In this document: positions 41,234 through 50,961 of the stretch, piece by piece
Position numbering within the stretch: the stretch's first letter is position 1
How the letters are laid out: every line of letters begins with the position of its first letter
NCBI GenBank assembly: GCA_965204755.1
Contig: OZ242011.1
Span: 608,001 to 672,000, forward strand
DNA from: Candidatus Marinacidobacterium sp.
GTDB taxonomy: Bacteria; Acidobacteriota; Vicinamibacteria; Marinacidobacterales; Marinacidobacteraceae
DNA: 64,000 nucleotides
Direction: 5' to 3'
Notes under the pieces: generated by a model
Database searches by the model: none
What the model was told of the DNA's origin: nothing
What the model saw: only the letters and a program-made list of their open reading frames with translations
Position numbers and translations under genes: made by a program

Positions 41234-42496
41234 CTACGCCGCGAGGACTTCCGCGGCCGCAGCCAGGAAGGCGTCGTTCTCGGAGGGGAGTCCCACGGAA
41301 ACCCGCAGGAAGGTGGGGAGCCCCCAGTTTCCGCCGTCCTGGACATGGATATTCCGCCGGTGGAAGTCCCAGGCGGCCGGCAGCGCCTCGCGTCCCAGGT
41401 CGGTCATCAGGAACGGCGCCCGGTGGGGCCAGGAGGGGCAGCCCAAGGCGGCCAGCCCGGCGCGGAGTTGGACGAGCCCCTCGTCCACCGTCCGGCGGTA
41501 AGCGGCCACATGCTCGCGGTCGGCGAGCGCCGGGCCGCAGGCGGCGGCCGCCGCCGTGTTCAGCCCGAAGTCCCCCCACCAGATCCCTTCCGCCCGTTCG
41601 AACGCCGGCCCGGCGCCGACCAGGTAACCCAACCGGAGCCCGGCCATCCCGTAGGCCTTCGAGAAAGTGCGCGCCACGAGGACGGGCCCGCCGGAGAGCG
41701 CCAGGGCCACGGAGTCCTCGCCGTCCGGCAGGAACTCGGCGTAGGCCTCGTCCACGACCAGGCAACCCCCTTCGGGGACGGCTTCGGCGAGGTCGGCGAT
41801 CTCCGCGCGGGAGACGGCCGCGCCGGTGGGATTGTTCGGGTTCGCCAGATAGACCATCCCGGTGTCCGGGCGGATGGCGGAGCGCATCGCCGGGACATCG
41901 GTGGCGCCTTCCGCTCCCATGGGCGTCCGGATCACCTCGGCGCCGATCCGCTCGGCCACCCCGGCGCACCAGCCGTAGGTCCGCTCCGGCAACACGATGC
42001 TGGAGGCGCCCGGCCGCAGGAACTCCCAGGGCAGGAACTGCAGGAACTCGGTGCTGCCGCACCCGGGAAGGATGTGCGCGGCGGTCGTCCCGTGGTGGGC
42101 GCCAATGCGCTCGCGCACCGGGGCCGGATCGTTGTACCGGTGGCCCGCGGCGAGGCCGCTCTCCGCGACGGCGGCGAGCGCCCGGGGAGAGGGGCCGAGC
42201 GGGTTCTCGTTGAAGCCGATGCGGACGGCGCCCTCCGGGAAGCCCCCGTCGGGAAATACCGGCAGCGGCGGAAGCGCATCCTCCGGCGGCGGCGGGGCCG
42301 CCGGTTCCGGGTCGGCGGCCGGTTCGGGCCCCGACGAGCCGCAGGCCGCGGCGGCGCCGAGCCCGCCGGCCGCCGCGGCCAGGTTGCGGAGGAAGGCCCG
42401 GCGGCTCGGCGCGAGACCGAACGGGTAGCACTCGAAGCCGAGCCGGCGGGGCCCGGGCGAAGGAGAAGACGGGGAGGACGGCGCCGACGGGGTCAT
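41234..42496 (-). CDS. HisC-like class I/II PLP aminotransferase with Tat-lipoprotein signal
   Basis: SRRAFL...AAAC, FNENPLGPSP, NPNNPTG, VDEAY, RTFSKAYGMAGLRLGY and LRVSVG. Confidence 0.85.
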   Translation of the reverse strand: MTPSAPSSPSSPSPGPRRLGFECYPFGLAPSRRAFLRNLAAAAGGLGAAAACGSSGPEPAADPEPAAPPPPEDALPPLPVFPDGGFPEGAVRIGFNENPLGPSPRALAAVAESGLAAGHRYNDPAPVRERIGAHHGTTAAHILPGCGSTEFLQFLPWEFLRPGASSIVLPERTYGWCAGVAERIGAEVIRTPMGAEGATDVPAMRSAIRPDTGMVYLANPNNPTGAAVSRAEIADLAEAVPEGGCLVVDEAYAEFLPDGEDSVALALSGGPVLVARTFSKAYGMAGLRLGYLVGAGPAFERAEGIWWGDFGLNTAAAAACGPALADREHVAAYRRTVDEGLVQLRAGLAALGCPSWPHRAPFLMTDLGREALPAAWDFHRRNIHVQDGGNWGLPTFLRVSVGLPSENDAFLAAAAEVLAA

Positions 42497-42636
42497 GGCC
42501 CCGCGAGCGTACCGCCGGTTCCCGCCGCGTGCCGGCCCGCCCGCCCGGTCGGACCCGCGCGCGCCGGGCTTCCCTCCGGGGAACGGCCCGGTCACCCCGT
42601 GGGCGAGACCGCCCGCCCGCCCGGGCGGATCGGGAA

Positions 42637-43347
42637 CTATTCCGGGCGGCCCTGCTCGGCCAGTTTGCGCTCCAACTCGCGCAGCCGCTCCTCGGCCTCG
42701 GCCAGCCGCTCCGCCATCTCGCCGAAGTCCAGCGTCTCCATCTGCTCGCGGGCCTGCTCGAACGCGTCGCGCATGGCTTCCCGGGCCTCTTCGCTGTCGA
42801 GCACCACCCGGGGCAACTCCTCGCGGAGCACCGCCAACTCCTCGAGATCGGGCAGCGCGTGGCCGCCCGAAAACCAGACCGCGCCCTCGCGCTCCCCGAC
42901 CGCGGCGTGGAGGGTGACCGGCGCCCGGTCGCGGACGACGGTGATCTCCACCTGCTCCTCGGGTTCGAGCCGGCCCACGGCGCGCACCACCTCCCGCGGC
43001 GCCGCCGTCGGCTCGCCGTCCACCGCGGTGATCAGGTCGCCGACCCGGAATCCGGCCGCGGCGGCCGGGCTGTCCTCCTCCACCGAGGAGACGAGCACCC
43101 CGGCGCCGTCGGGAGCGCCGAAGAACTCCTTGAGGTCGTCGGTGACGCCGAGCAGCCGGACGCCCAGGTAGCCGCGGCCGAGGCTGCCGACCACCACGCG
43201 GGTCCTGCCCGGCGCGCTGACCCGCTGCGGATCCTCCGGCCCGCGGGAGAACCACCAGGTCTGGGCGGCGGCGAGCGCCGGGGCGAAGAGGGCGAAGGCC
43301 AGGCCGAGCGCGGCGGCGGCGGCCGGACGGCGGGAACGGTGGGTCAT
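42637..43347 (-). CDS. Exported PDZ-domain protein
   Basis: Signal peptide, GYLGV, GVLVSSVEEDSPAAAAGFRVGDLI and a helical C-terminus. Confidence 0.82.
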   Translation of the reverse strand: MTHRSRRPAAAAALGLAFALFAPALAAAQTWWFSRGPEDPQRVSAPGRTRVVVGSLGRGYLGVRLLGVTDDLKEFFGAPDGAGVLVSSVEEDSPAAAAGFRVGDLITAVDGEPTAAPREVVRAVGRLEPEEQVEITVVRDRAPVTLHAAVGEREGAVWFSGGHALPDLEELAVLREELPRVVLDSEEAREAMRDAFEQAREQMETLDFGEMAERLAEAEERLRELERKLAEQGRPE

Positions 43348-43409
43348 GGTTTCGTCTCCGGTGGGTGGTCGTTCGGCGGGGTGTCGCGGAGGACGCGGCG
43401 CGGCGGCGG

Positions 43410-43946
43410 TCATCGCCGCCGGTCGGAGGCGCGCTGCAGGGTCGCGGCGCCGCTTGCGGGCGGGGCCGCCGGCCAGAGCGACTCGAGGTCGAGGAACAGG
43501 TCGAGTTCGTCACTCCCGCCGATGTGGATCACCGGCTCGCCGGCGAAACGGCGGGCGCGCTCCATCTCATCCGCCAGGCGGCGCATCTCGGCGCGGATCG
43601 CTTCCAGTTCGTCCCGAGCCGGGTCCGGCGAAGCCGCCGGGAGGCGCCCGGGTGTTCCCGCGGGCCCGACCTCGACCGGCGGCCCGGCGGCGGTGAGCGG
43701 CGCGGCGGGCGGCCGCTCGGCGCCGAACCGGGAGAGGACGGCGGGGAGCGACAGGGCGAGGGCGGCGGCGGCCGCGGCGGCGAGGAGCCAAGGTCGGCGG
43801 CGGCGAGCCCGCTCTTCGGCCCGGACCCGGGCCATGACGGCGCCGGTGAAGCCGGGCGGCGGTTCGGGCCGGGGCCGGGCGCCGAGGTCGGCCAGCAACG
43901 CGCGGACCTCCTCGTCGGTCGGTCGGGAGTCGTCGGGAGAGGTCAT
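43410..43946 (-). CDS. Putative anti-sigma factor (single TM)
   Basis: PPPGFTGAVMARV, one TM helix, and a start overlapping the ECF sigma stop. Confidence 0.7.
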   Translation of the reverse strand: MTSPDDSRPTDEEVRALLADLGARPRPEPPPGFTGAVMARVRAEERARRRRPWLLAAAAAAALALSLPAVLSRFGAERPPAAPLTAAGPPVEVGPAGTPGRLPAASPDPARDELEAIRAEMRRLADEMERARRFAGEPVIHIGGSDELDLFLDLESLWPAAPPASGAATLQRASDRRR

Positions 43947-44572
43947 GGGAACGCGCTCCGGAAGCGGGGGGACAGCAGGTCGCGCAGGCGTTTCCGGCCG
44001 CGGTGCGCGCGGGACTTCACCGTCCCCTCCTCGACGCCCAGCATCTCCGCGATCTCGCGGTAGGACCAGCCTTCGACATCGCGGAGGAGCACCGCCTCCC
44101 GGAAGACCGAGGGCACCCGGGGGAGCGCCCGGCGGAGCGCTTCCCGCGCTTCGGCGGCCTCGGCCGCCCGCTCCGGGTCCTGCCGCGCGGAGGGCGCGGC
44201 CGGCGGCTCGATCCCCTCCTCTTCGAGCGAGAGGGTCGGCCCCCGGACGGCGCGGCGGCGGGCGTCGCTCCGGGCGAGATTGGCCGCGATCCGGAACAGC
44301 CAGGCCTCGAACCGGCCGCTCTCCCGGTAGCGGGGCGCGGCGCGGAACGCGCGGACGAAGGTGTCCTGGGCGAGGTCGGCCGCGGTCGCCGCGTCCGCGG
44401 TCGCGTTCAGGAAGTAGCCGTAGAGGCGCTGCTGGTAGCGGCGGACGATCGGCTCGAAGGCGTCCGTCTCGCCGGCGCGGACCCGCTCCATCAGCGCCGC
44501 GTCCGTGGCCGGGGCGGCCCCGGCCGGGGCCGGCGCGAACGGGAGCGGCTCGCTCAGGACGGCGCCTTCCAT
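43943..44572 (-). CDS. ECF (sigma-70 group 4) RNA polymerase sigma factor
   Basis: AADLAQDTFVRAF, AWLFRIAAN and SYREIAEMLGVEEGTVKSRAHRGR. Confidence 0.92.
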   Translation of the reverse strand: MEGAVLSEPLPFAPAPAGAAPATDAALMERVRAGETDAFEPIVRRYQQRLYGYFLNATADAATAADLAQDTFVRAFRAAPRYRESGRFEAWLFRIAANLARSDARRRAVRGPTLSLEEEGIEPPAAPSARQDPERAAEAAEAREALRRALPRVPSVFREAVLLRDVEGWSYREIAEMLGVEEGTVKSRAHRGRKRLRDLLSPRFRSAFP

Positions 44573-44588
44573 CGGACTCGGTTCAGGA

Positions 44589-44614
44589 AAACGCCCCGCG
44601 GCGCGATCCGTTCC
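44589..44614 (-). promoter_or_regulatory. ECF-type promoter GGAAC-N16-CGTT upstream of the ECF sigma gene
   Basis: The minus strand reads GGAAC ggatcgcgccgcgggg CGTTTT, ~17 nt before ATG 44572. Confidence 0.6.
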
Positions 44615-44694
44615 CGCGGCGCGATCCCCCGTGGCGAGGGGATATCCGGGGCGGGGCCGCGTCACGGCCCCGCCGCGGACTCAGGATCGTCCCG

Positions 44695-45270
44695 TCAGGG
44701 GCTGCCGATCGTGGTCTCGTGGGCCACGCCGCCCCAGGAGAAGCGCAGCATCCCGTCCTCGATGGCGATGTGGAACCGGTCGCCGTCCCCCTCGGCCGGC
44801 GCCTCGGCGAGGGGGATCCGCGCCGCTTCCTCGTCCGCGATCGTCCCGTAGCGGCCCACCGCCGGCCACATCTCTTCGTGCATGTCCGCCGGGGCCTGCG
44901 AGGAGAGGTCCCCCAGCCGGATCCCCTGGTTGCGGTTCACCAGCAGCGACCAGCCGCCGGAGGTCGGGATGTGGAGGTAGAGGCTGTAGCGCCCGGCGGG
45001 GAGGGTCTCGCCGCCGACGGCGATGTCGCCGGAGGTCTCGAGGATGGTGACCTGGTTCTCCCCGGCCCGCCAGACCCGCTCTTCGGGCAGCATGGCGAGG
45101 AGTTCGTCCACGGAGCGGCCGTCGAGCGTGGGCTGGCCGTAGTCGATGGAGACGGTCGCGCCGCCGAAGGAGCCGGCGGCGGCGCCGCGCGGATCGTCGA
45201 GTTGCGCCGCGGATGCGGATGCCGGGAGGGCGGCGGCGAACAGCGCCGCCGCGAGGGGAAGTCGGTTCAT
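44695..45270 (-). CDS. DUF2911-like exported protein
   Basis: SIDYGQP, VWRAGEN, LPAGRYSLY and WSLLVN. Confidence 0.8.
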   Translation of the reverse strand: MNRLPLAAALFAAALPASASAAQLDDPRGAAAGSFGGATVSIDYGQPTLDGRSVDELLAMLPEERVWRAGENQVTILETSGDIAVGGETLPAGRYSLYLHIPTSGGWSLLVNRNQGIRLGDLSSQAPADMHEEMWPAVGRYGTIADEEAARIPLAEAPAEGDGDRFHIAIEDGMLRFSWGGVAHETTIGSP

Positions 45271-45312
45271 GAAGGGGCGCCTCCGTTCGGGGCAGGAAGT
45301 TTCGACGGGCGC

Positions 45313-45864
45313 TCACCCGTAGAGGAAGGCGTACACGATAAGGCCGGTGACCGAGGTGTAGAGCCACACCGGAACGGTGACGCGCGCCCACCGCCGATGG
45401 TGCGCGAATCGCCGCGAGGCCGCCAGCAGCACCGTGGTGAGGAGGAGCGGCAGCGCCGCCGCCGACGCCAGGATGTGGGTCGCGAGCACCGGGAAGTAGA
45501 TCGGCCCGAAGGCGCCGGCGTAGGGCGTGTCGCCCTCGTAGTGGTGGTAGGTGAGGTAGCCGGCGAGGAAGAAGCCGGTGCTGACCAGCGCGAGGATCAT
45601 CAGGCCGACATGGACCCGGCGGCGGCCGGCGCGGATGGCGAGCAAGCCGAGGCAGACCAGCGCGGTGGTCAGGGCGTTGAACGCGGCGTTCACCCCCGGG
45701 ATCCGCGCCGTCCAGGCGGGCGCGCCCGCCGCCGGCTCCCGCAGGTAGAGCAGGTACATCAGGAGGCCGAACAAGGCGCCGGAAGCGGCGAAGGCGACGC
45801 GGACCAGGCGCCGGACGCCGGGATCGGCCCCGGTTTCCGGCGAGACTCCGGCGCGGTCGGTCAC
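45313..45864 (-). CDS. DUF420 membrane protein
   Basis: NAAFN, FFLAGYLTYH, YFPVLATHI, HRRWARVTVPVWLYTSVTG. Confidence 0.85.
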   Translation of the reverse strand: MTDRAGVSPETGADPGVRRLVRVAFAASGALFGLLMYLLYLREPAAGAPAWTARIPGVNAAFNALTTALVCLGLLAIRAGRRRVHVGLMILALVSTGFFLAGYLTYHHYEGDTPYAGAFGPIYFPVLATHILASAAALPLLLTTVLLAASRRFAHHRRWARVTVPVWLYTSVTGLIVYAFLYG

Positions 45865-45963
45865 GAGACGCCGGGAGGATAGAGGCCGTTCCGGCGAGGC
45901 GCGGCGGGGCGAGCCGCCCGGGGGACGGCGGCGGCTTCGGACCGGGGAGCCGAACCGGCGGGC

Positions 45964-45988
45964 CTCATAGTTATAATGATATTTATGG
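45964..45988 (+). promoter_or_regulatory. Perfect -10 (TATAAT) within an ARG-box-like AT-rich operator
   Basis: CATAGTTATAATGATATTTATG; TATAAT at 45972-45977, 7 nt before the argR ATG. Confidence 0.65.
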
Positions 45989-46482
45989 ACTCTCCGAACG
46001 GGGCCGACGGGCTCTCGGACGAACGCCGGGCCGCGGTGCGCGCGATCGTCGTCCGGGAGCGGGTGGCGACGCAGGCGGAGATCGCCCGGCGGCTCGGCGC
46101 CCGGGGGTTCCCGGTGAGCCAGCCGGCGGTGAGCCAGGACCTCCGGGCGCTCGGCGCGGTGAAGCAGTCCGGGAGGTGGCGGCTCCCCCCCTCCCCGTTC
46201 GCCGGGATCGGCCGGCTGGTGGACTCCGTCGAGCCGGCCGGGCCGCACCTGCTGGTGGTCCGCACGCTGCCCGGGGGCGCGCAGCGGGTCGGCCACGCCA
46301 TCGACACCGCGGACTGGCCGGAGTGCGCCGGGTCGGTGGCCGGCGACGACACCGTGTTCGTGGCCAGCCGCAACGGCGCCCAGCAGGCCCGGCTGGTCGA
46401 GCGGTTCCACGCGGCGTTCGGCCCCGGCGCGGAAGGCGCCCGCGAGACGGGCCCCGAGACGGCCTCGGACGGGGCGCCGTGA
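45985..46482 (+). CDS. argR: Arginine repressor
   Basis: TQAEI, VSQPAVSQDLRALGAVK, VVRTLPGGAQ and GSVAGDDTVFV. Confidence 0.9.
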   Translation: MDSPNGADGLSDERRAAVRAIVVRERVATQAEIARRLGARGFPVSQPAVSQDLRALGAVKQSGRWRLPPSPFAGIGRLVDSVEPAGPHLLVVRTLPGGAQRVGHAIDTADWPECAGSVAGDDTVFVASRNGAQQARLVERFHAAFGPGAEGARETGPETASDGAP

Positions 46483-47603
46483 CCGAACCGGCGAAACCGG
46501 TCGGGGCGTTCGTCCTCGGCGCCTCCGGCTATGTCGGCGGGGAGTTGCTGCGCTGGGTCGCGGTCCATCCGGAGATGGAACTCGCCGCGGCGTTCTCGGC
46601 CAGCCGGGCCGGGACCCCGATCGCCGACCGCTTCCCGAACCTGGCCGGGCCGTTCGCCGAGCGGGTGTTCGCCTCCGCCGAAGAGTGGCCGGAGTGGTTC
46701 TGGCGGGCGCCCGGGCAGTGGTCGCGGGTGGTCGCCTTCTCCGCCGCCCCGCACACCGAGTCCGCGCCGCGGATCGCCGGGATGCTGGCCGCCGCCGAAG
46801 GCGCCGGAGTCGCCGTTCCCGTGGTGGACCTCTCCGCCGACTTCCGCCATCCCGAGGCCGAGCGGTACCGCGAGATCTACGGCGTACCCCACCCGGCGGC
46901 CCGCTTGCTGCCCGACTTCCGCTGCGGGATCCCGGAACTCCACGGCGAGCGGCACGGGTTCGCCGACCTCGGGGACCGGGACGCGGAACGGCCCGGGAAG
47001 ATCGCGCACCCGGGCTGCTTCGCCACGGCGGTGGCCCTCGCGGCCGCGCCGTTCCTGCGCGCCGGGATCGCCGGCGCGGAGGTCCACGCCTCCGCCGTCA
47101 CCGGAAGCACCGGCGCCGGCGGGACCCCGAAAGAGACGACCCACCATCCGGTGCGGCACGCCAACCTGTTCGCCTACAAGCCCCTCACCCACCGGCACGC
47201 CCCGGAGATGGAGTCCCTCCTGAGCGAACCGGGCGGCGCCGAGGTCCGGGTGCGGTTCGTCCCCCACTCCGGGCCGTTCGCGCGGGGCATCCACGCCACC
47301 GTCTTCCTGACGGCCGAGGCGGCGGTGGACGACGACGCCGCGGCCGCCTGCCTCCGGGACTTCTACCGCGATTTCCCGCTGGTCCGGGTCGCCGCGCCGG
47401 GCGCGACGCCTCGACTCAAGGACATCGCCGGCTCCGCCTTCGCCGAAGTGGGCGCCGCCGCGGCCGGGGAGACGATCGCCGCCTTCTGCGCCCTCGACAA
47501 CTTGGGCAAGGGGGCGGCGACCGGGGGCATGCAGTGGATGAACCGCATCCTGGGCCTGCCGGAACAGACCGGCCTCGACCTGCCGGGGGCGCTCTGGACC
47601 TGA
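46479..47603 (+). CDS. argC: N-acetyl-gamma-glutamyl-phosphate reductase
   Basis: GASGYVGGEL, DLSADFR, HPGCFATA, HRHAPE, RGIHAT and DNLGKGAA. Confidence 0.92.
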   Translation: MTEPAKPVGAFVLGASGYVGGELLRWVAVHPEMELAAAFSASRAGTPIADRFPNLAGPFAERVFASAEEWPEWFWRAPGQWSRVVAFSAAPHTESAPRIAGMLAAAEGAGVAVPVVDLSADFRHPEAERYREIYGVPHPAARLLPDFRCGIPELHGERHGFADLGDRDAERPGKIAHPGCFATAVALAAAPFLRAGIAGAEVHASAVTGSTGAGGTPKETTHHPVRHANLFAYKPLTHRHAPEMESLLSEPGGAEVRVRFVPHSGPFARGIHATVFLTAEAAVDDDAAAACLRDFYRDFPLVRVAAPGATPRLKDIAGSAFAEVGAAAAGETIAAFCALDNLGKGAATGGMQWMNRILGLPEQTGLDLPGALWT

Positions 47604-47681
47604 CCTCGGCCCGCCGCTCCACCGATTCCCCTCCACCGAACTCCCCTCCCCCGGCTCCCCTCCCCCGCCCCCCCTTCACCG

Positions 47682-48851
47682 ATGCCCGCCGAATCCCCCC
47701 ACCTGTTCCCGGTCACCCCGCAACTCCCCTTCGAACCGGTGTCCGGGAAGGGGGCGCGCCTCCGCACCCGGGACGGGCGGGAGTTCGACGACTTCTACGG
47801 CGGCCACGCGGTCTGCGGACTGGGCTACGACCACCCGGCCATCCGGGAGTGCCTGGCGCGCGCCGAAGGCGGCCTGTTCTTCCAGACCACCGCGGTTCCC
47901 CACGCCGACCGGGCGCGCGCCGCCGAGGCGCTGGTGGGCTTCGCGCCGGAGGGGCTCGACCGCGCCTTCTTCGTGAACAGCGGGGCGGAAGCGAACGAAA
48001 ACGCGCTGCGGCTGGCGTTCGCGACCGCCCGCCGGCGGGACGGGGACCGCCACCCCCCGCGGGACGCGGTGGTGGCCCTCTCCGGCGGGTTCCACGGGCG
48101 GATGTCGGCGGCGGCGGCGGTCACCGACGGTTCGGCGAAGTGGTACGGCTTTCCCCGGACGCCGTTCGAGGTGCGGACCGCGCCTCGGGACGATCCGGCG
48201 GCGCTCGCCGCGGCGGTGGACGAACGGGTGGCGGCGGTGATCCTGGAGCCGGTACAGGGGATGGCCGGGGCAGTCCCGCTCGACGGCGCGGTTCTCGCCG
48301 CCGCCCGGGAGGCCGCCGACGCCGCCGGGGCGCTCCTCGTCTTCGACGAGGTGCAGTGCGGGATGGGGCGCACCGGCCGGCCGTTCGCCGGCGAGTGGAG
48401 CGGCATCCGCCCGGACCTGCTCACCGCGGCGAAGTCCCTCGCCGCCGGCTTCCCCGCCGGGGCGGTGCTGGCGAGCGAAGCGGTCGCCGGCGGCCTTCCG
48501 TTCGGCGCCGTCGGCACGACCTTCGGCGGCGGGCCGGTAGCGGGGGCGCTCATCGCCGCGGTGGTGGGCGTCCTGCGGGAGGAAGGGTTCCTCGAAGAGG
48601 TCCTCCGGGTGTCCGAGCGGATCCGGACGGAGGCGGCGGTCGGGCCGGTCACCGCCGCGCAGGGCCGCGGGCTGCTGCTGGGGCTGGTCTGCTCCCGCCC
48701 GGCGCGCGAAGTGCGGGACGCCCTCCTCGGCGAGGGCGTGCTCGTCGGCCTCTCCGCCGATCCCGCGGTCGTCCGGCTCATGCCGCCGCTGGTGGTGGGG
48801 GACGACTCGGTGGATCGCCTCGTGGCGGCGCTCGCCCGGATTCCCGCGTGA
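47682..48851 (+). CDS. argD: Acetylornithine aminotransferase
   Basis: NSGAEANENA, FHGR, LEPVQG, FDEVQCGMGRTG, AKSLAAGFP and TTFGG. Confidence 0.88.
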   Translation: MPAESPHLFPVTPQLPFEPVSGKGARLRTRDGREFDDFYGGHAVCGLGYDHPAIRECLARAEGGLFFQTTAVPHADRARAAEALVGFAPEGLDRAFFVNSGAEANENALRLAFATARRRDGDRHPPRDAVVALSGGFHGRMSAAAAVTDGSAKWYGFPRTPFEVRTAPRDDPAALAAAVDERVAAVILEPVQGMAGAVPLDGAVLAAAREAADAAGALLVFDEVQCGMGRTGRPFAGEWSGIRPDLLTAAKSLAAGFPAGAVLASEAVAGGLPFGAVGTTFGGGPVAGALIAAVVGVLREEGFLEEVLRVSERIRTEAAVGPVTAAQGRGLLLGLVCSRPAREVRDALLGEGVLVGLSADPAVVRLMPPLVVGDDSVDRLVAALARIPA

Positions 48852-49894
48852 CCGGCGAAGCGGCGGCCGAGCCTCCCGCCGGCCCGGGGGGGCGGCTGGC
48901 GGAAGTCCACGACCTCGCCGCGCTCGGCCGGGAGACCGCCGCCGACCTGGTCGCCTTCGCCGGCCGGCTGCGGGAGCGCCCGGAGCCGCGGGCGCTCGAA
49001 GGGAAGGTGCTCGCGCTCCTGTTCCTGAGCCCCTCGCTGCGCACGCAGGCCTCCTTCCAGGCGGCGATGGCCCGGCTGGGAGGCGCGGCGTTCGTGATCG
49101 CCCCGGACCGCTTCATCCACCGGCTGGAGTTCGACCCGGACGCGGTGATGGACGGCGAGGCGGCGGAGAACATCGCCGAAGCGGTCCCCGTGCTCGCGTC
49201 CTACGGCGACGCGCTGGGCGTGCGGGCGTTCGCCGCGCAGCGGGACCTCGCCGAAGACCTCGCCGACGAGCGGTTCGAGAACCTGCGGCGGCGATGTCCG
49301 GGGCCGTTCCTGAACCTGGAATCGGCGGCGCGCCACCCCTTCCAGGCGCTCGCGGACTGGCGCGCGCTGGACGACCTGCGGATCCCGGCGGAAGGAGGGC
49401 GCCTCACCCTCACCTGGGCGCCGCATCCGAAGCCGCTGCCGCTCGCGGTTCCCCGGGACACGCTGCGGATGGCCGCGCTCCGCGGAATGGAAGTGACGGT
49501 GCTCCGGCCCGAAGGCTACGAGTTGCCGCCGACGGTGATGGACGAGGCGCGGCGGCTGGCGGCCGTGAGCGGCGGCTCCGTCCGGGAGACCGCGGACCGC
49601 GCGGACGGCATGGCCGGCGCCGAGGCGCTCTACGCGAAGTCGTGGGCGTCCACGCGGCGCTACGGCGACCCGGAGGGCGACCGCGCGCTCCGGGCGGCGC
49701 TCCCCGACTGGACGGTGCGTGAAGGGTGGTTCGGCGGCGCGGCGCCGGACTGCCGGTTCCTCCACTGCCTGCCGGTGCGGCGGGGCGTCGTGGTGGAGGC
49801 CGCCGTGCTCGACGGGCCGAGGAGCGCGGTCGTCCGGCAGGCGGAGAACCGGATGTGGACGCAGATGGCGGCCCTCCACCGGATGCTCTCGTGA
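48848..49894 (+). CDS. argF: N-acetylornithine carbamoyltransferase (ArgF'-type)
   Basis: PSLRT, NLESA.HP.Q, TWAPHPKPLP and HCLPVRR, the AOTCase-type motifs. Confidence 0.85.
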   Translation: MTGEAAAEPPAGPGGRLAEVHDLAALGRETAADLVAFAGRLRERPEPRALEGKVLALLFLSPSLRTQASFQAAMARLGGAAFVIAPDRFIHRLEFDPDAVMDGEAAENIAEAVPVLASYGDALGVRAFAAQRDLAEDLADERFENLRRRCPGPFLNLESAARHPFQALADWRALDDLRIPAEGGRLTLTWAPHPKPLPLAVPRDTLRMAALRGMEVTVLRPEGYELPPTVMDEARRLAAVSGGSVRETADRADGMAGAEALYAKSWASTRRYGDPEGDRALRAALPDWTVREGWFGGAAPDCRFLHCLPVRRGVVVEAAVLDGPRSAVVRQAENRMWTQMAALHRMLS

Positions 49895-50877
49895 GCGGCG
49901 GGGACGGCGCGGCGCGGGGCGGCGAGCCGGGGGCGGGCGCCCGGGAGGAGCGCCGGATCCGGGTGCGGGCGCTGAAGAACGCCGCCCCCTACCTGAAGCG
50001 GTTTCGGGGGAAGGTCTTCGTCATCAAGGCCGGCGGCGCGGTGCTGGCCGAGGACTCGGGAATCCGCGACCTGGTGGAGCAGGTGGCGCTGCTCTTCCAT
50101 GTCGGGATCCGGGTGGTGCTGGTGCACGGCGGCGGGCCGCAGGCCACCCGGCTCGCGGAGGCCCTGGGCGTGGGGACGCGGTTCGTCGGCGGGCGGCGCG
50201 TGACCGACGAGGGCGCGCTGCGGGTCGCCACCATGGTGCTGAACGGCGAAGTCAACACCCGCATCCTCGCCGCCTGCCGCGACTCGGACCTGCCCGCCAT
50301 CGGGCTTTCGGGAGTGGACGCCGGCCTGATCCGCGCCCACCGCCGGCCGCCGGTGCGGGTCGAAAACGGCGGCCGCCCGGAAACCGTGGACTACGGGTAT
50401 GTGGGGGACATAGACGCCGTCGACGCCGAGTGGCTGGAGAAGCAGTTGGAGATCGGGGCGCTGCCGGTGGTGAGCCCCATCTCCGCCGACGCCTCCGGCA
50501 CGCTGCTGAACATCAACGCGGACACCGTCGCTTCGGCGCTGTCGGTGGCGCTCGGGGCGGAGAAGTTGATCCTGCTGGGCGAAGCGGCGGGTCTGCTGGA
50601 AGACCCGGACGATCCGGCCAGCGCGGTCTCGTTCCTCGACCTGGCGCGGCTCTCCGAACTCGAGTCGTCCGGCGCCCTCCGCGCCGGGATGCTGCCGAAG
50701 GCGGACTGCGTGCGCCGCGCCCTCGAAGGCGGCGTCGCGCGGGCGCACCTGCTCCCGGCCGGCGTCCCGGACAGCCTGCTGCTCGAAGTCTTCACGCCCG
50801 AGGGCTCGGGAACCCTCGTCGTCCCGGACCTCGCCGTCCTCTCCCGGGAGGAACGCGCGCTCCGCGCGATCGGCTGA
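49891..50877 (+). CDS. argB: Acetylglutamate kinase
   Basis: VIKAGG, VHGGGPQ, GRRVTD, YGYVG, NINADTVA and GMLPK. Confidence 0.92.
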   Translation: MSGGDGAARGGEPGAGAREERRIRVRALKNAAPYLKRFRGKVFVIKAGGAVLAEDSGIRDLVEQVALLFHVGIRVVLVHGGGPQATRLAEALGVGTRFVGGRRVTDEGALRVATMVLNGEVNTRILAACRDSDLPAIGLSGVDAGLIRAHRRPPVRVENGGRPETVDYGYVGDIDAVDAEWLEKQLEIGALPVVSPISADASGTLLNINADTVASALSVALGAEKLILLGEAAGLLEDPDDPASAVSFLDLARLSELESSGALRAGMLPKADCVRRALEGGVARAHLLPAGVPDSLLLEVFTPEGSGTLVVPDLAVLSREERALRAIG

Positions 50878-50961
50878 CCGCGGCGGCGTCCGCAATAGAG
50901 TCCGCGGGAAGAGTCTTCGAATCGGGGCGTCCCCGACCCTGCTCCAAATCCAGGTCGAACG

